Shown here: piece by piece, positions 51,424-64,000 of the stretch | Position numbering within the stretch: position 1 is the first letter of the stretch | Layout of the letters: each line of letters starts with the position of its first letter | Assembly (NCBI GenBank): GCA_963662275.1 | Contig: OY759316.1 | Coordinates: 1,056,001-1,120,000, forward strand | Length of the DNA: 64,000 bases | Reading direction: 5' to 3' | From: Candidatus Cloacimonadales bacterium | Lineage (GTDB): Bacteria; Cloacimonadota; Cloacimonadia; Cloacimonadales; DAONDQ01 | Notes under the pieces: model-generated | The model's input: the letters and a program-made list of their open reading frames with translations, nothing else | Database searches by the model: none | Told to the model about the DNA's origin: nothing | Made by a program: the position numbers and the translations under genes

Positions 51424-51904
51424 GTATCTGTTTCGAGAAATTGGTTGGGAGCCAGGAAGGAGCAGAGAGTGGTAAATATGTGTAGTACGACTTGTTAAGC
51501 TGTTAAATAGGTGGTTGTTAACCCCGAAATATTCTGGAGATAGGAATTGAAGAATATTTACCCGAAATGCAAAAGCAAGGATTGCAGAGCAAATTGATGT
51601 AGGAATTTAAAAGTGAGCTGAAAAGTAATCAAGATTTGCAGATGGAGAAGAGTTTAATAGAATTTAGATATTTTGATAATATTACTTGACGCATAAAATG
51701 AATATTACTTCTTTTGGTAATAGGTAGATGTCACACTATTAAGGGTAGTTTTACTTACTTAATAAAAATGGAGGAAAGCATGATTAAGGTTGGGCATGAT
51801 TTTCGTTATACTAGTTGCATGATCTTAACTAATTCAATTAGTGCAGAAAGAAACTTCTCATATTTGTTACTCACTATACACACTTTTAACCATTAGGAGC
51901 TAGC

Positions 51905-53374
51905 ATGTTTAAGCATCAACTTGTAATCTTTATTATTTGTCTTTGTTCTGTCTGTCTATTTGGTCAAGACCATCATTATCATGCTATCTGTGTTGATTCA
52001 CTTCAAGTTCCATATGAATATAATTGCTTTAAACAGAATACTGATGGATCTATCACTTTTTTTCAAATTAGTAGCACTCTCAATGAAATCAGTTTTAACA
52101 AATTCACGTTATCTTATGATTTAGTTTTTTCAGGATTGGAGACATTTTATACAGATCAAGTCTCAAATTCAAACTTAATATATTATTCTAACTTATTCGG
52201 AAATGAATATTTCAAAGTTTCCACAACAAGAGGTTCATTATTTTATATCTTTCGTGATGAGCAGTTAATCAGGAAATTAGATTCTCATATATTCCTTCCT
52301 ATAGATGCATCACATATAGTTTATAATACTCAAACAAAATATTATAAACTAAACATAATCACTCATGATTTAGATTCTCTTTCTTTAAGTCCAATATACC
52401 TTGCACTGGGAAGCTTACCATATAACAATCAACAATTTTTAATTAAATATAATTCAGACTTATTTCATCAATATTATCTGGTTATTAACAATGATTTGAC
52501 AATAGCGGATACTGTAACTGTAAATGAAAGTAGTGGTTTAAATGATTTACCGGATTTGAATTTTAACCCTCAACATGTAACAATCAATCAGTTGGGAGGG
52601 TATATAATCATGCTGGCTTATAGTAATAATCTGGAAGGAAATGCTCTTGTTGTCTTTAATGATCAAAATGAAATTGTTTATATTCTCAATGACTATGGGA
52701 CTGTGTATGACATTATTGTTTTGGATCAAAGCAATTTAGCTTTTCTTTATAATAATGAAAGTATGCATGTTAGATTTCTTATGAAACTTGTTTTTGGAGA
52801 TATTATCTATAATGATGTTATTCCAACAGAGTCATTTCCATACAGACAATTCATTGATCCCTGCAACCTGATTGTAACCTTATTTTATTCAAATGAGAAT
52901 GTACTAGGAATATCAGAATTATCTGATTTCCCCAATTATCAATATTCAGGTTTAACTGAACAATACTCATTAGATCAAGCTCAAATTAATTATTGGAATT
53001 TGGCTGATTCTTGCTTTCTTATAGATTTTAACACGGGATCATCTCATTATATTAAGAAATTCAGAATCATAGGAACAACCGATAATCATGATGCATTGGC
53101 AGTTTCGAAACCTGTATTGAAATGCTACCCTAATCCGTTTCATTCAAGTATCACTATCGAATATCTTTCAAACATCAAAAATGAAAGGACTCAAATTTAT
53201 ATATATAACATTAAGGGACAGCTAGTTAGAAGCTATCAGTCAGATAAAAATACTTCGATAAAATGGGATGGGAAAGATAAATATGGCAGATATGTATCTG
53301 AGGGTGTTTATCTCGTAAACTTGCAAACCAATAAAGAATCTAAGAGAGCCAATAAGATTCTCTTTCTCAAGTAG
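51905..53374 (+). CDS. Secreted hypothetical protein with C-terminal FlgD-Ig/T9SS-type domain
   Basis: Signal peptide; CYPNPF..IYNIKGQLV..WDGKD..GVYL..KILFLK; the body is not recognised. Confidence 0.75.
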   Translation: MFKHQLVIFIICLCSVCLFGQDHHYHAICVDSLQVPYEYNCFKQNTDGSITFFQISSTLNEISFNKFTLSYDLVFSGLETFYTDQVSNSNLIYYSNLFGNEYFKVSTTRGSLFYIFRDEQLIRKLDSHIFLPIDASHIVYNTQTKYYKLNIITHDLDSLSLSPIYLALGSLPYNNQQFLIKYNSDLFHQYYLVINNDLTIADTVTVNESSGLNDLPDLNFNPQHVTINQLGGYIIMLAYSNNLEGNALVVFNDQNEIVYILNDYGTVYDIIVLDQSNLAFLYNNESMHVRFLMKLVFGDIIYNDVIPTESFPYRQFIDPCNLIVTLFYSNENVLGISELSDFPNYQYSGLTEQYSLDQAQINYWNLADSCFLIDFNTGSSHYIKKFRIIGTTDNHDALAVSKPVLKCYPNPFHSSITIEYLSNIKNERTQIYIYNIKGQLVRSYQSDKNTSIKWDGKDKYGRYVSEGVYLVNLQTNKESKRANKILFLK

Positions 53375-53382
53375 GAGGCATA

Positions 53383-55059
53383 ATGAAAAACATTGTACAT
53401 CTAATATTCATATTTCTTTTTTTTAGCACCTTGGCTTCTGGAATTAATAATTACGAATACCCGGCTTTAGTATTAAAATTCAACACATCAATTAGTCCAA
53501 CTTTGAATGATGGTATAGTACATACCGGAATTCAAACGATCGATTCATTAAATGTCATTTATCACGCAAATAATTTCGAATATCAAGATATTCCAACTTC
53601 ACAATATATTAGGAACATATTAGTAATGTCTTTTGACAAATATGTTTGTAAAATTGACTCAATACTTCCATTATACTTATCAGCAGGGAATACATTATGC
53701 CAATACATCATAATACTAAAAGAACCCATAGAGTTAAGTGCTCCTAATGAGTATTTATACGCACCGACATTTATTCATCCAGATGATACTATGGGAGAAA
53801 TAGAAAATGTGCAGGATGATAATTACTGGGGAATCTATAATTTCTTTTACGACCCAAACCCTGCCCACAATCCGCTTAATATTTATACAGTACCTCAATA
53901 TACTGCTTTTTTCCCTGATATGACTTTTCAGGATATGGGCTTACATACTCATCCACTTTTTCCATGGCAATATAAACCGCATGGGCATATTGGATTATGG
54001 CATTTGCTTCCAGAGTATGATGATTTGGTAAAAGCATGGGATTATACTAAGGGCGAAGGGGTAACGGTTATTAATAATGAAACTACATATTGGGGTATTC
54101 ACCCAGATTTAATAAACCAATGGAGTACTGCATTTCATTCTACACCTCCAAATGGTATTCCAAGACCTCCTCAGGATCATGACGAGTGGAAGAATGAATA
54201 CCACGCTACAAATATAGCCGGTATCCTTGTTGGGCAAGAAGAGAATACACAAGAAAACACATTATCTGTAAGAAGTAGTATAGGTATTTCACCCCATGCA
54301 AAGCTGATAGGTAAAAATTTCAATAGTACTTCTTTGGATGATTTTATCAATTCTCATCCGGCTGAAAATATAAGGGTATTAAGTGTCAGTACTGTTTTCT
54401 ATTATGATGAAGATCTTACATACTTACCTTATTGGGAAGACTGGATTCGAAGGTATTCACAAGAACTAAATATAGTAGTTGCTGTAGCCAGAGGATATGG
54501 AGATCTAGACCATAGAAGCTTAACAGCAATTTTAGGACAAGAATTTGAAGGAGTAATATGTGTTGGTGATTATAATCCAGATTATAAAATAACCACACAC
54601 TTTGACGATTCTTCTAATAATTCTAATCCAGATTTATATAAAGTTGAAATTAATGCACCTGGATGGTGCGTATGGACAACAAGCTTTACTGTTAATCAGG
54701 ATCACACTCAAATTATCCCTATGTTGCAACCAAGTACTAATACTTCATCTGCTACACCACAAGTTGCAGGTGTTTGTGTTTTATTAGCATCACTCTATCC
54801 ATGGATGACACCTGCGGAAATCGAAAGACAAATTAAACTTGGTGCACATCATCTTGATGATATTTTGCTTGCCAATGCTAATGGAAATAACCCACTAATA
54901 CCAAATACTCCTTCTGATTTCTTTGGAGCAGGTTGCCTGGATGCTTACGGTTCATTATTTCTCCATGGTGATTTTACGAGAAACTTCACCTTTCAAAATG
55001 AACCCAATAATACAGCATTAATTGGCACTGAGTTTTGCTTCTGTAAAAATCATGGGTAG
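53383..55059 (+). CDS. Divergent S8 subtilisin-like peptidase, 5' part of a probably split gene
   Basis: Signal peptide; AWDYTKGEGVTV..HPDL, HATNIAGIL, INAPG, TSSATPQVAG, FFGAGCLDA; no sorting domain. Confidence 0.75.
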   Translation: MKNIVHLIFIFLFFSTLASGINNYEYPALVLKFNTSISPTLNDGIVHTGIQTIDSLNVIYHANNFEYQDIPTSQYIRNILVMSFDKYVCKIDSILPLYLSAGNTLCQYIIILKEPIELSAPNEYLYAPTFIHPDDTMGEIENVQDDNYWGIYNFFYDPNPAHNPLNIYTVPQYTAFFPDMTFQDMGLHTHPLFPWQYKPHGHIGLWHLLPEYDDLVKAWDYTKGEGVTVINNETTYWGIHPDLINQWSTAFHSTPPNGIPRPPQDHDEWKNEYHATNIAGILVGQEENTQENTLSVRSSIGISPHAKLIGKNFNSTSLDDFINSHPAENIRVLSVSTVFYYDEDLTYLPYWEDWIRRYSQELNIVVAVARGYGDLDHRSLTAILGQEFEGVICVGDYNPDYKITTHFDDSSNNSNPDLYKVEINAPGWCVWTTSFTVNQDHTQIIPMLQPSTNTSSATPQVAGVCVLLASLYPWMTPAEIERQIKLGAHHLDDILLANANGNNPLIPNTPSDFFGAGCLDAYGSLFLHGDFTRNFTFQNEPNNTALIGTEFCFCKNHG

Positions 55060-56383
55060 CCAGATTCAGCGAAATAGAAGTGGAATAGAATTATACCACT
55101 GTATGGATGGTTCAATAAAAACAAATAATATTTCATTTAATACGAATGGAATCTATCTATATGGATCGCATATTGATATTTCAGGAACTAATCAGATTAC
55201 CTATAATTCAAACACATCAAATCGTCCTTTTGGTAATGGAATTGTTGCAGAGAGATCATCACAATGGTCACTGATCGGTGATAATATACCTTCCCCTGCT
55301 GCTATCCAGTCAATTCATAATAACCAGAAAGAACAAATATTGTTCGAATCAAATTCTATTCCTTTACATATGTATTATAACGAGATTTATTCAACTAATC
55401 ATAATTACCCATATTTGCGAATGTGGGGAGATTATCATGGACCTGTAATAGATATATCTGAAAATTATTGGTCAAATGATTTTGTACCTGAAAGAGATAT
55501 TGTCCCATTAGAGCATTTTAGATACCTAAGGATTTGGATACCTGGGCGCGATAGAGAGGTGATTGAAAATGAAGCACAAGATATCTTTGATCAAGCATTA
55601 GATGCAGAGAATAATGAGGATTATGTAGTAGCAGAAGCTTTACTTAAAGAGGTTATTGCAGAATATTCTGATACAAAAGTTTGTCCTGATGCTGCCAAAG
55701 AACTGATATTTTTAGTTGAAAAGTATAATCAGAATTACCAAGCTCTTGAAATCTACTACAAAACATTCCCTGAGCTAAGAGATGATCCAAGGATTTGCAA
55801 AATTGCAGATTACTTAGCCAACATATGCAAAATCAAACAAGGTGAATATGAAGAAGCTATCTCATACTTTGAAGATATTATCCAGAATCCCGATAACCTT
55901 CCTGATTCCATCTTTGCAGTAATAGATGCAGGTTATACTTATCTTCTTTTAGCAGAAAATTCTGAAAAATCAGCATTTACAGGACGGATAGCTTGGTTAA
56001 AACCAAAATCAGTAGGTTTGTATTTGGATAATAGAACGAATCTTTTAGATATGTTATACAATGGTAAAAGCGGTATCGACGAAACTCTATCTCCTGAAAT
56101 TCCTGTGATTTTTGGTTTAGAACAGAATTATCCAAATCCGTTCAATCCCAGTACAACCATATCCTATTCAATTCCTGAAGAAGCTCAGGTTGCGATTCAT
56201 ATCTATAACATCAAAGGGCAACTTGTTAGAACTCTCTTCAATGATAACCAGATAAAAGGTAATCACAAACTGATTTGGGATGGGAAGAATGATATGGGTA
56301 AGCTTTCCAGCAGCGGATTGTATTTGATAAGGATTGATTTCCAGGGTAAGTCAATGACACGAAAAGCGCTTATGCTCAAGTAA
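55022..56383 (+). CDS. Beta-helix + TPR + FlgD-Ig/T9SS-type domain; probable 3' part of the S8 gene
   Basis: No signal peptide; begins mid beta-helix; overlaps the preceding ORF in another frame; ends LEQNYPNPFNP..RKALMLK. Confidence 0.7.
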   Translation: MALSFASVKIMGSQIQRNRSGIELYHCMDGSIKTNNISFNTNGIYLYGSHIDISGTNQITYNSNTSNRPFGNGIVAERSSQWSLIGDNIPSPAAIQSIHNNQKEQILFESNSIPLHMYYNEIYSTNHNYPYLRMWGDYHGPVIDISENYWSNDFVPERDIVPLEHFRYLRIWIPGRDREVIENEAQDIFDQALDAENNEDYVVAEALLKEVIAEYSDTKVCPDAAKELIFLVEKYNQNYQALEIYYKTFPELRDDPRICKIADYLANICKIKQGEYEEAISYFEDIIQNPDNLPDSIFAVIDAGYTYLLLAENSEKSAFTGRIAWLKPKSVGLYLDNRTNLLDMLYNGKSGIDETLSPEIPVIFGLEQNYPNPFNPSTTISYSIPEEAQVAIHIYNIKGQLVRTLFNDNQIKGNHKLIWDGKNDMGKLSSSGLYLIRIDFQGKSMTRKALMLK

Positions 56384-56413
56384 TCTAATCCAAATTGAAT
56401 ATACATAAAATAC

Positions 56414-56443
56414 ACCAATGGGTGGCTAGTGCCACCCATTGGT
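56414..56443. terminator. Strong hairpin after the S8 locus (terminator or REP-like)
   Basis: Perfect 13-bp stem ACCAATGGGTGGC-TAGT-GCCACCCATTGGT; no immediate U-tract. Confidence 0.45.
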
Positions 56444-56579
56444 ATTGAAACCATTGGTTCAATCTTTCTTTCTTCTTTCAGTCTATCATCCCTTCAGTTC
56501 TTTCCACCTCAATAAATTGTATGATCTAAAAATTCATTGCCTATTTTCTTGAAGATGAGAAGGATGTAATCAAATATAG

Positions 56580-58598
<2,019 letters not shown>

Positions 58599-58621
58599 AC
58601 TATGAAGCATGGATTTAAAGA

Positions 58622-59923
58622 ATGACTAAAACCCTTGATCGCTATGTCCTGAAAGAACATATAGGACCATTCTTTGTGTCATTAATGGTCGTTACATTTG
58701 TTCTATTAATGGATCAGATCATGGATCTGTTAAATGTCATTATCGAAAAGCGACTGGATTTTATAACGATCATGAATGTGTTTGGTCTTACTATTCCATT
58801 CCTGCTGGCTCTCTCTATTCCTATGGCAGTACTCATTGCCACGATTATGGCTTTCGGCAGACTGCAAACTGATTCTGAGATCATCGCCATTAAATCATGT
58901 GGGATTAATGTTTACAGGTTAATCACTCCTCTTGTCGTGATTGGTATGCTCCTGTCTTTGTTCATGATCTATTTTAATAATTATATTCTACCTGAGACTA
59001 ATCATCGTTTGAAGAACATGATGATCAAAATTGCTTATTACAGACCTATGACAATCATTAAGGCTGGTGAGTTCAATTCTGTTACGAGCTACACAATTTA
59101 TGTGAAGGAAAATGACGGTGTTGAAATGAAGGGCATCATCATTTATGATACGGAAAGCAGTCATTATCCAAAGACCATCACGGCAAAGCGGGGAAATATT
59201 GTCCAAATGGCATCTGGGAATTCAATGCGGGCGATATTATATGATGGTGAGATGATGATTCGGGATGAAAAGGATCAAAATAAATTCGAAGTGCGCTCAT
59301 TCAAAAAACTCGTATTAAATATCAAGGATCTCGGGAACAATCTTGACTTTGAAGATACCAGTTTTCGAAGTGATAGAGAGATGGGTGCAAAACAATTGAA
59401 AACAGAGATTCAAAGCCGTAAAAACGAGATTGCCACCCTGGAGAAGGATAATCATCGTCTCTTAAGGAAAAGTGTATTTTATGGTGCCGATCCTTCCAAT
59501 GAGGAATATGTCAGGGAATCCCATAAGGCAGAAGTACTTCTTAGAATGAATAAAGATAGATTAACTGATCTGAGGGAAAGTATCCGTTCCTTTGAAGTTG
59601 AGTATAATAAGAAATACTCAATCGCCTTCGCATGCATTATATTTGTACTTATTGGTATTCCTCTGGGGCTGATGACAAAATCAAGCGGAATAGGGATGGC
59701 GTTTTCTGTGAGTTCCTTCATCTTCCTAATCTATTATGTATCCTTGGTAGGTGGGGAGCAAATGGCTGATAAAGGTATTATGTCACCATTTATAGCCATG
59801 TGGCTATCCGATATTTTGTTTTTGATTTTAGCAGGCTTTTTAATTTTTGCTTCTATACGTGAAAAGAGTTTATTCGATTTTCACAAATTACGCGATAAAC
59901 TCACAAAACTTCTAAGATTGTAG
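58622..59923 (+). CDS. lptF: LPS export ABC transporter permease LptF
   Basis: LDRYVLKE, LSIPMAVL..FGRLQTDSEIIAIKSCGI, KKYSIAFAC..IGIPLG; paired with lptG. Confidence 0.88.
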   Translation: MTKTLDRYVLKEHIGPFFVSLMVVTFVLLMDQIMDLLNVIIEKRLDFITIMNVFGLTIPFLLALSIPMAVLIATIMAFGRLQTDSEIIAIKSCGINVYRLITPLVVIGMLLSLFMIYFNNYILPETNHRLKNMMIKIAYYRPMTIIKAGEFNSVTSYTIYVKENDGVEMKGIIIYDTESSHYPKTITAKRGNIVQMASGNSMRAILYDGEMMIRDEKDQNKFEVRSFKKLVLNIKDLGNNLDFEDTSFRSDREMGAKQLKTEIQSRKNEIATLEKDNHRLLRKSVFYGADPSNEEYVRESHKAEVLLRMNKDRLTDLRESIRSFEVEYNKKYSIAFACIIFVLIGIPLGLMTKSSGIGMAFSVSSFIFLIYYVSLVGGEQMADKGIMSPFIAMWLSDILFLILAGFLIFASIREKSLFDFHKLRDKLTKLLRL

Positions 59924-59931
59924 GAATTCGC

Positions 59932-61020
59932 ATGAGATTATTAGATAGATACATCATTCGGGAATTCCTGAATACTTACTTCATAATTCTGAGTTCATTT
60001 TCAGTACTTTTCATCGTCATCGATGTGATTGATCGTCTGCCAAGATTGATTAGGAGCGGTGCTACATTTCAGTTAGCTGTCAGTTATTATTTACTGAACC
60101 TGCCTTACCTGTTTGTATTAACTTCTCCTATTACGCTGCTTTTAACAGGCTTATTCCTAATGAATTCCCTGGCTAAATACAATGAATCAATTGCTGTAAG
60201 GGCAGCCGGGATAAGTGTGAAAAGAATGGTCATGCCATTACTGGGTTTAGGGCTGTTTATCAGCATATTTATGGGTATTTTTGGCGAATATGTATTACCT
60301 TGGGCAGAAACATCCCGTGACTATGTTTATAATGTCAAGATCAAGAATCAGCCTCCGGAAGATGAAAAATTACGAGCACGCATCCATTATATTGGAAAGC
60401 AGAATCAGATGTATTACATTGGTTTTTTTGATGGATATCGCAACCAGTTGAAAGTAATTGATATTTCCTATTTTGATTCAAAAACAGGTGAGATTGTTGA
60501 GAAAATATCAGCTTCAGAAGCGAATTGGATTGCGGGGAAATGGTTGTTCAGAAATTGTGATATAAGGAAATTCAAAAATCATACGCCTGTTTCTTATGAG
60601 CATTTTGAAGCTACATATTTGCCGATGGTGGATGTTGCTCCTATCGATTTTATTAAAAGTGCAAAAAAACCACTTTCCATGAATTACTTTGAATTGAAGT
60701 CCTATGTGAACAGGCTCCAAAAAGTCGGAGAGAAATATACGAAGCAAACGGTTGATTTGTATATGAAATTATCCTATCCTTTAGCGAATTTCATTATCCT
60801 ATTCTTTTGTGTTCCCGTTGCAACAGCCAATGTTCGCAGCAAGGGAAGAGGATGGGTTTTTATGATTGGATTACTTGTCTGCTTCATCTACTTAACAGCA
60901 CTACGTTTTTCTCAAAGTCTTGGATACAATGGATTATTATCACCAATTCTATCAGCCTGGATTCCAAACATGTTATTTCTGTCATTGGGTATGTTTTTTT
61001 TATGGAAAGCGGAAATATAG
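59932..61020 (+). CDS. lptG: LPS export ABC transporter permease LptG
   Basis: LLDRYIIREF, LAKYNESIAVRAAGIS, KLSYPLA, SAWIPN. Confidence 0.88.
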   Translation: MRLLDRYIIREFLNTYFIILSSFSVLFIVIDVIDRLPRLIRSGATFQLAVSYYLLNLPYLFVLTSPITLLLTGLFLMNSLAKYNESIAVRAAGISVKRMVMPLLGLGLFISIFMGIFGEYVLPWAETSRDYVYNVKIKNQPPEDEKLRARIHYIGKQNQMYYIGFFDGYRNQLKVIDISYFDSKTGEIVEKISASEANWIAGKWLFRNCDIRKFKNHTPVSYEHFEATYLPMVDVAPIDFIKSAKKPLSMNYFELKSYVNRLQKVGEKYTKQTVDLYMKLSYPLANFIILFFCVPVATANVRSKGRGWVFMIGLLVCFIYLTALRFSQSLGYNGLLSPILSAWIPNMLFLSLGMFFLWKAEI

Positions 61021-61095
61021 GATACTCCAAATTATCTTGACGAATAAGTATAATGACAAACTTTAACACATTATATATGAATTGAAGGAGTAAAG

Positions 61096-62277
61096 ATGCG
61101 TAAATTTACATTCATTCTATTAGCCTTGCTTGTTTCATTTTTCGGCATTTCATGTGCAAATGCAGCAGAAAAAGTAACACCAAAGGGAAGAGTTAATCTG
61201 CGAAATGCCAATATGTATCTGCAACAGATGAAATTGGATAAGGCGATGTCTTTTTACCAGGAAGTTTTGAAGGAAAATCCGAATAATATAGAATCCATCA
61301 AAAAGACAGGTGATATTTATTTTGCCTGGGGTGAAGAAAAAGTGTCACAACCTATTGATACAACAAAATCACAAGATGACCAAATACTTCAGAAGATCAA
61401 ACATGATACTGAATCAGTTGATTCATATATCTTATCATTTAAGCAGTATCAACGTTTCCAGGAATTAAGCAAGGACAAATCAGACCTGTCAAAGGATGAA
61501 GAATCTTGGAAAGTGGAAACTTCCAAGAAAATGCTGGGCTGTGAAGCTCGTATTTTCCGTACCGGTAAAGAATATGTCTCTATGGAAAATTATAAAACAG
61601 CCATAGAAATCTTCGACAAACTGCATCTCTTAGATTTAAAAAAACCGGAAGCAATGAAAATGCTGCTCTTCATCTATTTAGAACAACAAAATGCAGTAGC
61701 AGAGACAATGAAAGCATCCTATAATACAAAGATTGAAGATCTTCTAAATCAATTGATTGCAATCAATCCCAAGGATCCGGAAACACTTTCAAAACTGGGT
61801 GCCTTCTATTATACTAACAAACAGATGGATAAAGCCCTGGAAGTGTTTAAGCAAATCGAAACCTTGAAACCAAAGGACACGGATAATCTGTTTAGCTTGG
61901 TTGGCATCTATTATGATAAAAAGATGGTTAAGGAAGCTTATGAAACAGATCAGAAGATTCTTGTACTTGATCCCAATAACTTAGACGCTATCGATAATGC
62001 CAGGAATTTTGCCGTGGAACTGAAAAAGAATGATGAAGCGAAGAAGTATTTTGTGAAACTGATAGAATTAAATAAAACCACTGATAACCTGAGCCAGTAC
62101 TGTTATTTTTTATCCAGTAATGCCATGTATACAGATTTATTACCTGTTGCTCAGCAATGGTATGAAATGGATTCTTCAGCCAAGCTTGCTGTCCAATTTA
62201 TCGTTCTTTCCGCTGGGAAACTCGGTAAAAAAGAGATGGCAAACTATTACAATGATGTTCTAAAGAAAATGGAGTAA
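61096..62277 (+). CDS. Exported TPR-repeat protein (possible lipoprotein)
   Basis: Signal peptide with FFGISC; helical TPR-like repeats; SD AAGGAG. Confidence 0.75.
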   Translation: MRKFTFILLALLVSFFGISCANAAEKVTPKGRVNLRNANMYLQQMKLDKAMSFYQEVLKENPNNIESIKKTGDIYFAWGEEKVSQPIDTTKSQDDQILQKIKHDTESVDSYILSFKQYQRFQELSKDKSDLSKDEESWKVETSKKMLGCEARIFRTGKEYVSMENYKTAIEIFDKLHLLDLKKPEAMKMLLFIYLEQQNAVAETMKASYNTKIEDLLNQLIAINPKDPETLSKLGAFYYTNKQMDKALEVFKQIETLKPKDTDNLFSLVGIYYDKKMVKEAYETDQKILVLDPNNLDAIDNARNFAVELKKNDEAKKYFVKLIELNKTTDNLSQYCYFLSSNAMYTDLLPVAQQWYEMDSSAKLAVQFIVLSAGKLGKKEMANYYNDVLKKME

Positions 62278-62345
62278 TCTAATTTTTGTGAAGAGATATA
62301 GTTTAAGACTGACCTTCAAGATCAGCCAGGACTTTTGACAATGAA

Positions 62346-62381
62346 AATACCTCGCTTTCGGGCGAGGTATTGTTTTTTTTT
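62346..62381 (+). terminator. Rho-independent terminator
   Basis: AATACCTCGCT-TTCG-GGCGAGGTATT followed by a long T tract. Confidence 0.85.
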
Positions 62382-62466
62382 GTAAAAACGAATATCTAGC
62401 AAAATATGGAACATGATTTGCACTATTAATCAAGGTAGAAACTAGTTTATTCTGTTAGGGGGTTTT

Positions 62467-64000
62467 TTGAAAAAGAACTTGCTTATTGCCATGCTTTTGA
62501 CAATTGCCACGACTATTTTGTTGGCTGCTCCAGTGTTCAATACACCTGTAGATTTGACTCAACCGGATGGAACGATACTTCATTGTTTTGCAAGTGGAGA
62601 TGAATTTCATAATTGGCTGCATGATAAAAATCAATATACAATTATACAGGATTCTCATAACGGCTGGTATACATATGCCATTCACGATGGGATGAATGTG
62701 AAATCAAGCTCATATATCGTTGGGCAAATCGATCCTCAATCGGCTGGTTTAGTTCCAAAGATTAATGTTTCTGAAGAACTTGTCAGACAGAGACGTCTTG
62801 AATTTGAACAGATGACTTCCTCTCATAGCAGAAATACACGGGCACCGCATACAGGTGTGTTAAACAACATCGTTGTTTTCATTCGTTTTGCTGATGAAAG
62901 CGAATTTTCAGAGACTATGAACGCATTTGATTATATGTTCAACTCACAAGCTGAAGATGCCAATTCGATGCATCATTACTTTGAGGTTGCCTCATATGGG
63001 CAGCTTGATATTGAGTCTCACTATTATCCTGTTTCCCCTGATTCGTTTATTGTATCCTACCAGGATTTACAGCCAAGAGGTTATTATGAGCCTTTCAGCG
63101 AGATGAATAATATCGGATATCAAGGCGGAGACAATGGAGATGAAAGAGTCACTCGAGAACATGAATTACTTTTAAGTGCCATAGATGGTATCTCCAACCA
63201 AGTACCAGCGAACTTGAATATCGATGGCGATAATGATGGCGAAGTTGATAATGTCTGCTTCCTGATAAAGGGTTCACCGAATGGGTGGTCTTCCCTCTTA
63301 TGGCCTCATCGTTGGTCATTATATTCAGTGGACGCATATATTCAGGGAAAACGAGTCATGGATTTCAATCTCCAGCTTCAATCGATGACATATAGTTCTG
63401 GTGCGGGCGTGTTAAGCCACGAAATGTTTCATTCATTAGGTTCTCCAGATCTATATCGTTATTCTGATACTTCAATTTCACCAATTGGTGGCTGGGATTT
63501 GATGTCAAATGACCATAATCCACCCCAATATATGGCAGTATATATGAAATATATGTATGGTCAATGGCTGACATCAATACCAACGATTACTACCTCTGGT
63601 ACTTATACTTTGTATCCAAATCAATCTTTAGATAATAGTATCTATCGAATACCCTCCTATAGAACTAGTGAATATTTTATTGTAGAATATCGTAAGCAGG
63701 AAGGAATGTTTGATTCCGTACCAGGTAAGGGACTAGTCGTTTATCGGGTGAATAGTCAAGAAAATGGAAATGCTTACGGTCCACCGGATGAGTTTTATAT
63801 CTTTAGACCAAACGGTACATTAACAAACTCAGGGAGCTTAGATCTTGCAGCTTTCAGTTCTCAATCAGGGAGAACCTTTATCAATGATTCTTCTAATCCG
63901 GCTGATTTCCTGTCTGATGGTCAACCGGGCGGCTTGGATATCAGTAACATCGGTATAGCAGGAGAAACGATAACTTTTGATGTCAAGCTGGCGAATCTCC
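62467..64000 (+). CDS. Secreted M6 family (immune inhibitor A-like) metalloprotease, runs off the window end; absent from the ORF track
   Basis: Manual translation from TTG 62467: MKKNLLIAMLL..LTQPDG..ASGDEFHNW; same frame at 63361 gives ..GVLSHEMFHSLGSPDLY (HExxH), followed by GGWDLMS and EYFIVEYR. Confidence 0.9.
   Translation, partial: MKKNLLIAMLLTIATTILLAAPVFNTPVDLTQPDGTILHCFASGDEFHNWLHDKNQYTIIQDSHNGWYTYAIHDGMNVKSSSYIVGQIDPQSAGLVPKINVSEELVRQRRLEFEQMTSSHSRNTRAPHTGVLNNIVVFIRFADESEFSETMNAFDYMFNSQAEDANSMHHYFEVASYGQLDIESHYYPVSPDSFIVSYQDLQPRGYYEPFSEMNNIGYQGGDNGDERVTREHELLLSAIDGISNQVPANLNIDGDNDGEVDNVCFLIKGSPNGWSSLLWPHRWSLYSVDAYIQGKRVMDFNLQLQSMTYSSGAGVLSHEMFHSLGSPDLYRYSDTSISPIGGWDLMSNDHNPPQYMAVYMKYMYGQWLTSIPTITTSGTYTLYPNQSLDNSIYRIPSYRTSEYFIVEYRKQEGMFDSVPGKGLVVYRVNSQENGNAYGPPDEFYIFRPNGTLTNSGSLDLAAFSSQSGRTFINDSSNPADFLSDGQPGGLDISNIGIAGETITFDVKLANL

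Overview
AT-rich bacterial chromosomal window, probably from a diderm anaerobe of the Cloacimonadota/FCB type. That assignment is an inference from LptF/LptG and several secreted proteins ending in a 'NYPNPF..IYNIKGQLV..WDG..SGVY..K..LLK' FlgD-Ig/T9SS-type domain. Housekeeping blocks: a 5-tRNA cluster, amrB/amrA, marR-osmC-thioredoxin, hflX, nfu-nadE-ribD-rlpA-psuG, dapD with two PLP enzymes, and ligA-lptF-lptG. Two accessory zones interrupt these. (1) About 6.8-34 kb: a decaying signal-transduction island (PAS histidine kinases, a receiver protein, a CheB-CheR-PAS fusion split by a complete 1861-bp IS with an 8-bp target duplication, and a kinase paralogue truncated at a REP), plus a REP-associated tyrosine transposase (RAYT), a macro domain protein and a solitary DNA methyltransferase. 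(2) About 43-56 kb and the window end: secreted adhesins and proteases. The most unusual signals are non-coding. The RAYT carries an in-frame copy of its own REP doublet, and GTAG REPs supply stop codons to genes. A family I do not recognise, of eight 62-64 nt hairpins with fixed TGRASTYCA ends and covarying inner stems, sits in a larger scaffold between accessory genes. Two sequence-unrelated elements share the same 11-bp-period tandem/inverted architecture. All calls are from reading sequence and motifs; no searches were run.
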